Assembly: GCA_965217585.1 (NCBI GenBank)
Contig: OZ244561.1
Coordinates: 2,400,001 to 2,464,000 of the forward strand
Length of the DNA stretch: 64,000 nt
Reading direction: 5' to 3'
Origin: Candidatus Latescibacterota bacterium
GTDB taxonomy: Bacteria; Latescibacterota; UBA2968; UBA8231
Positions within the stretch are counted from its first letter, which is position 1. The number at the start of each line of letters is the position of its first letter. The notes under the pieces are model-generated. The model had not been told where the DNA came from. It was given only the letters and a program-made list of their open reading frames with translations, and made no database searches. Both the position numbers and the translations under genes were made by a program. This document shows, one piece after another, positions 1 to 8,933 of this stretch.

Positions 1-1
1 G

Positions 2-1879
2 GCGGCTGAGGAGCTGCTGCAAGTCGCGATAAGCGACGGCCACTTTGCCGACCGCGACCCAAGCGAAATCACCTGGCCGGTAGGCGCAGACCTCGACGCA
101 CTCACGCGACGCGCCGAGCTGATCGGCACCATTCACGAGGGCACCCCCCCGCTCCGCGACAAGCGCCTGCAAGAGGCCTACGACCACTACGAGCGCGTCG
201 GCCCCGCCTACCACCAAGCGAATCGCCTCTACCTAGCAACGCGCCGGCTCTTCGTCGAACGCGGGCGCGGCGACTCACTCGATTTCCACGCGCTCTACCA
301 ATCGGTCTATCTACACGCCCTAGGCCGCGACAACCCCTACACCCTTGACGAAGGTGAGGCTGCCCTCGTCAAGCTGCGGGTCGCCCGCGTGCCGCTGTCC
401 CACGCCCACGCCGTCGCCGAGAAGCTGGAAGCCAGTGCGGCACAAAAAGAACCCGCGACCGACTCGGCCGACGATCCGCGCTTGGCAGAGCACTACGCCT
501 GCGAAATTGACGGGGTGCGCCACGCCGGGACACTCGGCGATCTACTTGACGAGGTTGCCGAGCGCGTCGTCGATTACCTCGCCGCTGGCGAGCACTTCGC
601 CATCCGCTTTAACACCTATAGCAACTTCATCTATCTCGGAATATCGGTGTGGAAGGCCATCACGGACGCCGACTTGCTCTTGGCCCGCATTGAGGGCCGG
701 GTGCGCGCCCAATGGCACCAAAAGCTGTGCAAGCTGGTCCTGCTGGGTAAGGGCATGCTACTCAAGTTCCTCCAAGCCCACTCCGAAGATCCCGCCCAAA
801 TCAAGCCGAGGGAATTTTGGTACGGCCAAGAGTATAGCTACCTGACCCGCGACATGATCGACCTAACGCGCCGCTTAGTCGGCTACGTCAACCGGCTAGC
901 GGGCCGGGCGGGGGGGGAAGTTGATCTGGTGATCCTGCCCCCCCTGCTCGACGGCAAGGCCAAGGGCCGCTTTCTCGAATACCAGCACGTCGGGCGACGC
1001 CAGACCCTCGGCTCATGGAGCCGTCGGGCGCGCCTCTTTCGGTGGGCTTTCCTCTACTACCGCACCGGCAAGAAAAAAATGAGCCTCCTAGCGGCTCAAC
1101 TCCCAGAAGCGGAGCGCCTCAAAGCCGCCAGCGCCCAAAGCAGCGAATGGGGGCGGAAATCGCTGGACATTTTTGACATTGAATTGACCATAAGCGCCGA
1201 CCCGCTCTTCGCCGCCACCGCGCGCGACCTCGACCTAGCCAACAAACAGGAGAAAGTCCTTTTCCTCCCTACGCACCGCAGCCTCTTCGACCATCCGGTG
1301 ATGAGCAGCCTGCTCCACGATCCTCGCTTCCTCGAGCTGATCGGCTGGCGCGAACCCCCCACGCCCGTGAGCCTCGCCCGCGCCCGACTCACCGAACCCG
1401 CAACCCTGCGCATTGGCGGGCGCTCTTTTTCGCTAATTGGCTTTACTACCGAGGAAGTTGACAACATAATGGAGACCGTTGACGGGCACGTCATTATGAG
1501 TCGCTCGGCCGACACAAAGAATCCCACGCGCCGCTTTGCCGAGCTCCTCACAGAGCGACCGGGCATCGTCTATGGCGAGGGTACCACCGCCGCCTTTGAG
1601 CATCAGTGCCTGCCCATGCAGCACGCACTTTTTGCTTACTTGCCGCCCGACGTGATCATCGTGCCGCTGGCTTTTCGCGGCCTCCATTCCCTGTGGCCCA
1701 AGTGCCCGCGCGGCAATCTCGACATCGGCAGCGGACGGGTCGAAGTGGTGGTTTGTCCGCCCATGCTCGGCGAAACCACACTCCTGCCGCGCAAGCGCGC
1801 ACTGCGTACGCAGCTAGAGCCAGCGACGCTCTTCCAAGCCGTACACATCGCGCGGCTTTTCAACCCGGAACCAGCTTAG
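2..1879 (+). CDS. 5'-truncated protein with C-terminal lysophospholipid acyltransferase (PlsC/LPLAT-like) domain
   Basis: The frame of ORF 389..1879 stays open back to position 2. Motifs PTHRSLFD (HxxxxD), VYGEGT (FPEGT-like) and IVPLAFRG are present. The long N-terminal region is unrecognised. Confidence 0.7.
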   Translation, partial: AAEELLQVAISDGHFADRDPSEITWPVGADLDALTRRAELIGTIHEGTPPLRDKRLQEAYDHYERVGPAYHQANRLYLATRRLFVERGRGDSLDFHALYQSVYLHALGRDNPYTLDEGEAALVKLRVARVPLSHAHAVAEKLEASAAQKEPATDSADDPRLAEHYACEIDGVRHAGTLGDLLDEVAERVVDYLAAGEHFAIRFNTYSNFIYLGISVWKAITDADLLLARIEGRVRAQWHQKLCKLVLLGKGMLLKFLQAHSEDPAQIKPREFWYGQEYSYLTRDMIDLTRRLVGYVNRLAGRAGGEVDLVILPPLLDGKAKGRFLEYQHVGRRQTLGSWSRRARLFRWAFLYYRTGKKKMSLLAAQLPEAERLKAASAQSSEWGRKSLDIFDIELTISADPLFAATARDLDLANKQEKVLFLPTHRSLFDHPVMSSLLHDPRFLELIGWREPPTPVSLARARLTEPATLRIGGRSFSLIGFTTEEVDNIMETVDGHVIMSRSADTKNPTRRFAELLTERPGIVYGEGTTAAFEHQCLPMQHALFAYLPPDVIIVPLAFRGLHSLWPKCPRGNLDIGSGRVEVVVCPPMLGETTLLPRKRALRTQLEPATLFQAVHIARLFNPEPA

Positions 1880-1978
1880 AGATCCTAACAAAACCTGCTA
1901 GGCGATCCTCGGAACGCGGGCGTCCCGCCCACCCATGTCATTCCCGCTTTCGCGGGAATCCAGTTTTGTTAGGGCCTC
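1879..1978. mobile_element. 100-bp MITE-like element with 16-bp terminal inverted repeats and TTA target duplication
   Basis: Left end GAGATCCTAACAAAAC (1879-1894) matches the reverse complement of the right end, GAGGCCCTAACAAAAC (1963-1978), at 14/16. TTA flanks at 1876-1878 and 1979-1981. Internal hairpins include ATTCCCGCTTTCGCGGGAAT. Confidence 0.7.
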
Positions 1979-1983
1979 TTAGA

Positions 1984-4900
1984 CTAAAAGAGCGATAGCT
2001 GCTCAGCCCCCCGTCGGCGCGGCATTGCCACATCCTCGCGCGCGAGCAATCGAGCGGGGATCTCTTCTACAAACGGCGATAGCGCACATTGCACCCGCTC
2101 GCCATAGCGCTGGCGGCTGCGCGCCCGCAGCAACACTAGCTCCTCCTCCGCCCGCGTCATACCCACGTAAAAGAGCCGTCGCTCCTCGGCGAGGTCGGCG
2201 TCCCGCTCGCGGAAGGGGATGAGTCCATCCTCCACCCCGCAGACAAATACCACTGGGAACTCCAAGCCCTTGGCCGCGTGCAAGGTCATCAGCGCGACGG
2301 CCTCCGGGCCTTGGGGACCGCCCCGCTCCTCGTAGTCGGCCTCCGCGCCTAGGAGCACAGTCTCCAGTAGCTGTGCGAGCGTTCCGGCCGCGTCCGCTAC
2401 TCGGGCCAAGTGCTCCAAGTCCTCGTCCTCCGGGTCGCCGAACTCGGCCTGCCAGCGCCGCACCCAAGTACCCGCCCCCTCCTGCGCGGCCCATTGCCTG
2501 TACTCCGCTATCCGCGCCTCTAGCGCCTCGACCCGATCCTGTGCCGCGGCCGACAGTTCCCCCCGTCTCACTTGGCGCAAAATGTGCGGCTCCGTGCCCA
2601 TGGCCTCTAGTGCCTGCCAGCGGCGCACGTCCTCTTGCGAAATTGAGGCGTAGCGGGCAAACGCCAAAGCAGCTCGCACCGCCGGCGCTTGCAGAAAACC
2701 CTTATGCCCGACGAGCCGATAGGGCAGACCCTCCCTGCGGAAGCATTCCTCTAGCGCTCGGCCCTGTTGGCCAGTGCGGAAGAGCACGGCAAAGTCGGCG
2801 AAACTGCGCGTGCCCTCTGCGCCGGCATCGGTCTGCACCATGTCGGTACCGCCGACCATGCGGGCAATCTCCCGCACCACCGCAATGCCTTCAGCCGTCT
2901 CGCCCTGTACCTCCATTAGGCGGATTCGCTCCTTTCCCGGGCGCACGGCCGCGAGTTCAATGGCCTCGCGCCCCGGATTGTGGCTGACGACGGCAGTGGC
3001 GGCCTCGACAATATGTCCCTGTGAGCGGTAGTTCGCACCCAGATGAAAGAGTCGCGTATCCGAGAAACGGTCGCGCAAGTGAACGAAGTAGGCGGGCGAA
3101 GCTCCGCGAAAGCTGTAGATCGCTTGATCCGGGTCGCCGATAGCCATCAGACCCGCGCCCGCACCCGCTAACTGGAGGACCAATCTATACTGCGCGGCGT
3201 TGAAGTCTTGGAACTCGTCTATTAGCAGGTAGGGAAAACGCGCTCGCACCTGTTCCCGCACGGCTGCATCCGCTTCTAAGAGGCGCAGCAAATCCAAGAG
3301 AATGTCGTCGTAGTCGCAGGCCCTGGACGCGTGTAGAGCCGCCTGATAGGCGTCGTAATGCGGTCGCCACTCCTCGGCGATCTCATCCGGCCCTTGCGCG
3401 GCGGCCTTGGCCAGCGAGATGGCTCGACCGGCCCCGGCAACCGGCCCCGGCAAACCGGCGTCTGCCAGCGCCCCTTCCAGCACCCGGCGCGCTTCCACCT
3501 CGTCGAGCACCAGCTTTGGCTCGCAGTCCAACTCCCGCAAGAGCGACAACGCCAAGCGGTGGAAGGTCCCCACCTGCATCGCGCCCAGCCCGGACTCACC
3601 GCCCAACAATGCGCTCAGCCGCTGCCGCATCTGTCCTGCCGCTCGCCGGGTAAAGGTAATGGCCATGATCTGCCCCGGGTCCACGCCGCTTGCGACCAGC
3701 CGCGCAATGCGCCGCGTCAGCACTCGGGTCTTGCCCGACCCTGGCCCGGCTACGACCACTAAAGGCCCTCCTGCGGCCTCTTCGATTTGCCGCTGTGCGG
3801 CGTCGGGCGCATCCGCGTCCTGCTCCGCTTGTGCGGTGCTAGCGGGCCTTGGCGGCATCGGCACCACTTCCTCAGCCGTCTTAGCGGCCGCTGGGCCCAA
3901 GTCGAACAGCACACCTTGCCCTTTTAAGCGCGCCCGCTCCTCCTCGCTGAACACGCTGATCACGCCGTACTCCCCATCGTGGCCAGGGTAGATGTCCACC
4001 TCGCCGCAGCGCATCCGGCGCACACCCTCGGCCACCAACGGCCCGGCGCAACTTTCAATCGCTGCGAGTCCGGCGCGGCGCAATACGTCGAGTTCCGGGC
4101 CGATCTCGGCCAAGAGCCGGTCGTACACGGCGCGAACTTTTTTGCTCTTTGGACCAACGCCAATTGCTGCGCCGATCACTTCGTCGAGCGGGATCAAGTA
4201 CTCGTAGGGTGGAGCAATATCCGGGCGGAACCCCTCCGGGCGATCGGCCAGCCGTTCCACCCGGTGCAAAACCCCCACCGTCAGCTTGCGTCCGCACACC
4301 GGGCAGATTCCCTCAGCGGCCAGTGTTTGCGCGGGCTTGTAGCACACCGCGCACTTGCGGTGTCCGTCGTAGTGGTATTTGCCTTCTTCAGGATAGAATT
4401 CCAAAGTGCCCAAAAAGCGCGCTGGGTCGCGGTCTTTGAGCGCGGAGTAAATGCCCGGATACGAGCACTCGGTGTCAAAGCACGTGGCCTCGCGGGCCAG
4501 CTTTTGCGGCGAGTGGGCGTCGGAATTGGATACGATCGCATAGCGGTCGAGGGCCGACAGCCGCCAGTTCATCGGCGGATCCGAGGACAGGCCAGTCTCC
4601 ACCGCGAAGATGTGCGGCAGCAAATCCCCGTAGCACTCCTCCAACGAGTCAAAGCCCGAAGAGGCCCCCAAAGCGGCAAAGTGCGGCGTCCATATATGGG
4701 CCGGGACGAATAGCACGTTCTCGTCGGCTTCGAGACAGATTTCTAAAAGGTCGCGACTGTCCAGCCCCAAGATGGGTCGGCCGTCGGACTTCAAGTTGCC
4801 AATGACACCGAGGCGGCGGTTGAATCGGGCGACGGATTCGAGGGTGGGTAGGATGACGACGTGGTGGATCTTGCGGGTTTTGTCGCCCTTCTTGTAGATA

Positions 4901-5187
4901 GTGCTTATTTCCACCGAAAGCATGAAGCGCACGGCGCGGTGGCAGTGCTCGGGCAACTCTTGTTCGACGACGGCGCGGCGACCGGGTTCGAGTTGGTACA
5001 GCCCCTCTTCGGCTGGTTCGAGTTGCTCCGACAGCTCGGCGAACCACTCGGGATGCGTATAGTCTCCCGTTCCGACCACGTCAACGCCCTTGAGCGCCGA
5101 CCACTTGTGCAAGTTGGAAGGGTTGAGGTCGCGGCTCGTCGCTCGCGCAAAGCGCGAGTGCAAATGCACGTCGATTACGAACTGCAT
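1984..5187 (-). CDS. Endonuclease Q-like PHP/Zn-ribbon domain fused to UvrD/PcrA-like SF1 helicase
   Basis: N-terminal DVHLHSRF, PAHIWTP, NSDAHS, GKYHYDGHRKC..C...CPVCG. C-terminal AGPGSGKT, IDEFQD, GDPDQAIYSFRGA, NYRS, TLHAAKGLEF and EERRLFYVGMTRA. Confidence 0.9.
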   Translation of the reverse strand: MQFVIDVHLHSRFARATSRDLNPSNLHKWSALKGVDVVGTGDYTHPEWFAELSEQLEPAEEGLYQLEPGRRAVVEQELPEHCHRAVRFMLSVEISTIYKKGDKTRKIHHVVILPTLESVARFNRRLGVIGNLKSDGRPILGLDSRDLLEICLEADENVLFVPAHIWTPHFAALGASSGFDSLEECYGDLLPHIFAVETGLSSDPPMNWRLSALDRYAIVSNSDAHSPQKLAREATCFDTECSYPGIYSALKDRDPARFLGTLEFYPEEGKYHYDGHRKCAVCYKPAQTLAAEGICPVCGRKLTVGVLHRVERLADRPEGFRPDIAPPYEYLIPLDEVIGAAIGVGPKSKKVRAVYDRLLAEIGPELDVLRRAGLAAIESCAGPLVAEGVRRMRCGEVDIYPGHDGEYGVISVFSEEERARLKGQGVLFDLGPAAAKTAEEVVPMPPRPASTAQAEQDADAPDAAQRQIEEAAGGPLVVVAGPGSGKTRVLTRRIARLVASGVDPGQIMAITFTRRAAGQMRQRLSALLGGESGLGAMQVGTFHRLALSLLRELDCEPKLVLDEVEARRVLEGALADAGLPGPVAGAGRAISLAKAAAQGPDEIAEEWRPHYDAYQAALHASRACDYDDILLDLLRLLEADAAVREQVRARFPYLLIDEFQDFNAAQYRLVLQLAGAGAGLMAIGDPDQAIYSFRGASPAYFVHLRDRFSDTRLFHLGANYRSQGHIVEAATAVVSHNPGREAIELAAVRPGKERIRLMEVQGETAEGIAVVREIARMVGGTDMVQTDAGAEGTRSFADFAVLFRTGQQGRALEECFRREGLPYRLVGHKGFLQAPAVRAALAFARYASISQEDVRRWQALEAMGTEPHILRQVRRGELSAAAQDRVEALEARIAEYRQWAAQEGAGTWVRRWQAEFGDPEDEDLEHLARVADAAGTLAQLLETVLLGAEADYEERGGPQGPEAVALMTLHAAKGLEFPVVFVCGVEDGLIPFRERDADLAEERRLFYVGMTRAEEELVLLRARSRQRYGERVQCALSPFVEEIPARLLAREDVAMPRRRGAEQLSLF

Positions 5188-5435
5188 GTTTGGTCTCTGC
5201 GTTGGAGGGGAAGAGGTCGCGAGGAATAGCGATCTGCTGATTGCCCGCGTTGCAGGGCCATAGTATACTAGAATATCCTATAGCCGACAGCCAGACTTAG
5301 CGAGACCTTCTGGCAGGGTATGATTTGATCCATCAGTGCGTCAACGAAACCGTCGCCTTGGCTGAGGGCGGAAGACCTCATGAAGGTAGCGGACATCTTC
5401 GTCAACGACACTGAGACGATTGTGGAGGTAGCATT

Positions 5436-6626
5436 ATGAGTGAGCCTATTTCCGTCAATTCCCAAGTCTTGCGCTGGGCGCGTACCAGCTTGGGTCTCTC
5501 GCAGGAAGAAGTGGCTCAGCGCATGAATAAGAAGGCCACAGAGGTTGATACTTGGGAACGCGGCGAGGCGTCTCCAACATATATTCAGTTGGAAAAGCTG
5601 GCATACAAAATCTATAAACGCCCGATCGCATTGTTCTTTTTTCCCGAGGTGCCGGAAGAGGAAATCATAGAGCAAGAATTTCGCACCTTGCCAGAGGACG
5701 AACTGCTGCGTATTCCGCCATGGATGCGTTACCTACTCCGCAAGGCAAGAGTACTACAACTCAATCTTGCCGAACTGTATGAGGGTGTCAATCCGGCAAA
5801 ACGCAGAATATTACACGATCTTGATTTTGCTCCCTCTGCTGCCGCTACCGATATGGCGGAGCAAGTCCGTACCTATTTGGGCATTGAACTCGCTCAACAA
5901 CAGACATGGAAAAATACAGAGGACGCTCTCAAGCATTGGCGGGAAATGTTGGAGGAATGCGGAGTTTTTGTTTTTAAAGACACCTTCAAGCCGCCTAGAA
6001 GAAGGGGGACAGGTACGGGCGATATTCCTTTTTCTGGTTTCTGCTTGTACGACCCATATTTTCCGATTATCTACGTCAATAACAACAACGCTAAATCCCG
6101 TCAGATTTTCACCTTGTTCCATGAACTAGCGCATCTCCTGATGCATACTGGCGGGATAGATACTCGACAGGACAACTACATTGAGCATATGACCGGCGAC
6201 AATAGGCGCATAGAAGTGCTCTGCAATCTGTTTGCCGCTGAGTTTCTGGTTCCCTCCTATGATTTCGAAGCGCGTTCGGCTGGTGTTTCTATTGACGATC
6301 ACGCTATTGAAAATTGGGCTAGTCTGTACTGCGTTAGTCGCGAAACCATCCTGCGTCGCCTGCTCGCCCAGGGACGAGTGCGTCAACAGGATTACGAACA
6401 GCAGGTAAAGCAATGGTCAAAGGATCAAACGGGAAGTGGAGACACGGGCGGTGATTACTATCGGACCAAGGGAGCGTATCTAGGTGAACGGTACATTGAA
6501 ATGGTGTTTAGCCATTATCACCAAGGGAATATTTCCGTGGAGCAAGCCGCTGACTATCTAGGTGCACGGACGAAGAATGTCCCTAGAATAGAAGAATGGC
6601 TCTTCAATCAGGGAACAAGGACATGA
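5436..6626 (+). CDS. XRE-family HTH fused to ImmA/IrrE-family metallopeptidase
   Basis: N-terminal LRWARTSLGLSQEEVAQ...WERGEASPT HTH, RQIFTLFHELAH zinc motif and EVLCNLFAAEFLVP. RBS GGAGG upstream. Confidence 0.9.
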   Translation: MSEPISVNSQVLRWARTSLGLSQEEVAQRMNKKATEVDTWERGEASPTYIQLEKLAYKIYKRPIALFFFPEVPEEEIIEQEFRTLPEDELLRIPPWMRYLLRKARVLQLNLAELYEGVNPAKRRILHDLDFAPSAAATDMAEQVRTYLGIELAQQQTWKNTEDALKHWREMLEECGVFVFKDTFKPPRRRGTGTGDIPFSGFCLYDPYFPIIYVNNNNAKSRQIFTLFHELAHLLMHTGGIDTRQDNYIEHMTGDNRRIEVLCNLFAAEFLVPSYDFEARSAGVSIDDHAIENWASLYCVSRETILRRLLAQGRVRQQDYEQQVKQWSKDQTGSGDTGGDYYRTKGAYLGERYIEMVFSHYHQGNISVEQAADYLGARTKNVPRIEEWLFNQGTRT

Positions 6627-6715
6627 CGGTCTATGTGTTCGATAGCGGCCCACTGATTGATCTTTTTCGCCACTATTACCGCGATCGTTTTCCCTCTTTG
6701 TGGGAAGCGCGTTAG
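6623..6715 (+). pseudogene. Truncated DUF4411/PIN-like toxin (first 30 codons only)
   Basis: ATGA overlap with the IrrE stop. Translates MTVYVFDSGPLIDLFRHYYRDRFPSLWEAR*, resembling the N-terminus of the PIN-like proteins that usually follow XRE-ImmA genes. Confidence 0.6.
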
Positions 6716-6762
6716 TCGCGAAATCATACTGCTTCGCCTTCTTGACTAAGGATAATTTTGAT

Positions 6763-7890
6763 ATGTCTTTGACTTCGCATTTGAAATATACACATAGCCC
6801 GATTCGGAAATTTTTGCGTTTGACGTTTTCAAATCGCTCGTTTCTTAAAGATGCTAATAAGCTAATGCGGTCTGCATCTGTAGTACTGCCCTGTAATTCC
6901 AATTCTCTTGGGACTATTGGCCTCGCTCTAGATTATCGAATTCGATATTATTTTGCTAGGACACCGACTAGGGAGCTTTTTGCTTTTCATGGGCTACGGG
7001 GACTTTTATACTTAAATAGTGCTGGAGATAAAACCAAAGAAACTTACAAGAATTTTCTTGAAGGTCTTGATAACTTTATAGATTTCAATACCCCTGTTAA
7101 TAGGCGATTGTCGAAGACTGAAGAGGACGAGCTCAATCGTTATTGTTTTATTTTAGCTTTATTAGAAGAAGTATATAGGCTTGGTAAAATACATCCAAAT
7201 TCACTATTAGCAGGAGATTGTACTTCTGTCCAAGAATTACTTAATCTTGCTGATAATCAGAGTATCGTCGATTTGCGTACACTTTCCTACAAGTTTTATG
7301 ACAATTTCCAGCAGATGTTGACGCTTCCTCATATCCTCAATCCAACATTTGATGGATCGGCAGATGTTAGGGGAGCCGATGCAGACTTGATAGTTGACGG
7401 TACACTGATCGAGATCAAGACCACAAAAAGAAAAGATTTGAAAAGGGACTGGTTGTATCAGTTATTAGGATACGTTTTGCTTGATTATACGAATCGGTAT
7501 GATATACGACGTATTGCTTTTTACATGACTCGACAAGGAATCCTGATTGAATGGGATTTAGAAGACGCCATAAGTATTTTGTGCTCTGGTACTCGACCGA
7601 AGCTCAGTGAGTTGAGAAGTCAATTTCAAAAAATTGCACTAGCTTGGACCCACACCAACAGGGGAAGAGCCTACATACGTAAAGGGGAATATGACCGGGG
7701 TGTCGAGGAACTGAGTCAAGCTATCCAGCTTAACCCTGACTATGCCGCAGCCTACAAAATCAGGGGAGTAACCTACGGCTACAAAGGCGAGTATGACCGA
7801 GCTATTGAGGACTTGAATAAGGCGATCCGACTCAACCCTAACTATGCTGCAGCCTGCAACGGGTTAAAGAAAAAGTTATCATCCTATTGA
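6763..7890 (+). CDS. PD-(D/E)xK nuclease-fold protein with C-terminal TPR repeats
   Basis: ADADLIVDGTLIEIKTT and YQLLGY resemble RecB-like nuclease motifs. Two 34-aa TPRs (GEYDR...AI.LNP.Y). The segment is AT-rich. ATG at 6763 is preferred over the GTG start at 6700. Confidence 0.65.
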   Translation: MSLTSHLKYTHSPIRKFLRLTFSNRSFLKDANKLMRSASVVLPCNSNSLGTIGLALDYRIRYYFARTPTRELFAFHGLRGLLYLNSAGDKTKETYKNFLEGLDNFIDFNTPVNRRLSKTEEDELNRYCFILALLEEVYRLGKIHPNSLLAGDCTSVQELLNLADNQSIVDLRTLSYKFYDNFQQMLTLPHILNPTFDGSADVRGADADLIVDGTLIEIKTTKRKDLKRDWLYQLLGYVLLDYTNRYDIRRIAFYMTRQGILIEWDLEDAISILCSGTRPKLSELRSQFQKIALAWTHTNRGRAYIRKGEYDRGVEELSQAIQLNPDYAAAYKIRGVTYGYKGEYDRAIEDLNKAIRLNPNYAAACNGLKKKLSSY

Positions 7891-8013
7891 ACGGTGTGCT
7901 TAACCATCTCTCTGAAGTAGAAAACTTACCGCCAAAACCCACCCAAAACACCTGCATCACCCTTGTCAAGGCGACCTTCATCCAGTACGCCACTCTGTCA
8001 ATCTGTGGAATCT

Positions 8014-8030
8014 GTAGGGGCAACCCCTGC
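8014..8030. repeat. Short GTAG-type REP-like hairpin between convergent genes
   Basis: GTAGGGGCAACCCCTGC; single copy seen in this window. Confidence 0.3.
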
Positions 8031-8035
8031 CCTGC

Positions 8036-8932
8036 CTAATCCCGCCCGATCCAGTTGGCAACCACAATGCCCAACGCCACCAACCCCATGCTGGCCAGCA
8101 GATAGGGCGATATGGCCTCGTCCAAGAGCGCGGCACTCAACAGCACGCCCACCACTGGGGTGACAAAGCTGAAGCCCCCCAATCGCCCTGGCGAGTGATG
8201 TCGGAGCAAAAAGACTAGGATGATAAAGCACAGCCCGGCGACGGCGATGCCCTGGTAGAGTACGCCGGCGACGACCGGGCCGGTTAGGACGTACTCGGCC
8301 TCGGATTCTAAGAGCGCGCTCCAAGCGGCGAACAGCGGCAGGCTCAATATGGCCTGCCAGAACAGTACTTGATAGGGATTAAGCCCCTGCACCAACCGCT
8401 TAATCACCACCTGCCGCAAACCCAACAACAAGCCGCTAGCGGCCACCATCGCGTCCCCAAGCAGGTACTGAGTGTCGGCCAGCGCAAGCGACTCCCAAAA
8501 CAACAGCATCACACCGGCAAACGAAATGGCCAAACCGAACCACCGACCCAAGCCCAAGCGGTCGCCGACGAGCAAGTGCGCGAAGAGTGCCGTGGAGAAA
8601 GGATAGATATTGACCACCACCCCCGAGCGGCTAGCCGTGGTGTATTGAGTGCCCGCGTTCAGCAGCCATATTTGCAGCGCGAACAGCAGCGCCAAGCCGC
8701 CCAGCCCCTTCCATTCGCCGGGGGGTATGCGCAGCCGAATACCAGCAAAAAGTGCCCCGACCCATACGGTCAGAGCACCTAGTGCGAAGCGCAAGCCAGC
8801 CATTGCCGCGGGCGGCACCCCGTCGAGACCCATCTTGATCGCCACCGGATTGCCGCCCCACAACACGGCGGTCACAAGGGCTAGGGTCCCGGCCTTTAGC
8901 CCGATGGCCTCATTGCGGATTTCGGCGGCCAA
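8036..8932 (-). CDS. DMT/EamA-family transporter
   Basis: About 10 hydrophobic segments. LWGGNPVAIK, GLRF and PVVGVLLSAALLDE fit EamA patterns. Confidence 0.9.
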   Translation of the reverse strand: MAAEIRNEAIGLKAGTLALVTAVLWGGNPVAIKMGLDGVPPAAMAGLRFALGALTVWVGALFAGIRLRIPPGEWKGLGGLALLFALQIWLLNAGTQYTTASRSGVVVNIYPFSTALFAHLLVGDRLGLGRWFGLAISFAGVMLLFWESLALADTQYLLGDAMVAASGLLLGLRQVVIKRLVQGLNPYQVLFWQAILSLPLFAAWSALLESEAEYVLTGPVVAGVLYQGIAVAGLCFIILVFLLRHHSPGRLGGFSFVTPVVGVLLSAALLDEAISPYLLASMGLVALGIVVANWIGRD

Positions 8933-8933
8933 T

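Noticed and set aside
5268-5435. Possible gene remnant upstream of the XRE-IrrE gene (...AEDLMKVADIFVNDTETIVEVAL*)
   Set aside because: Short, interrupted and not assignable to a family.
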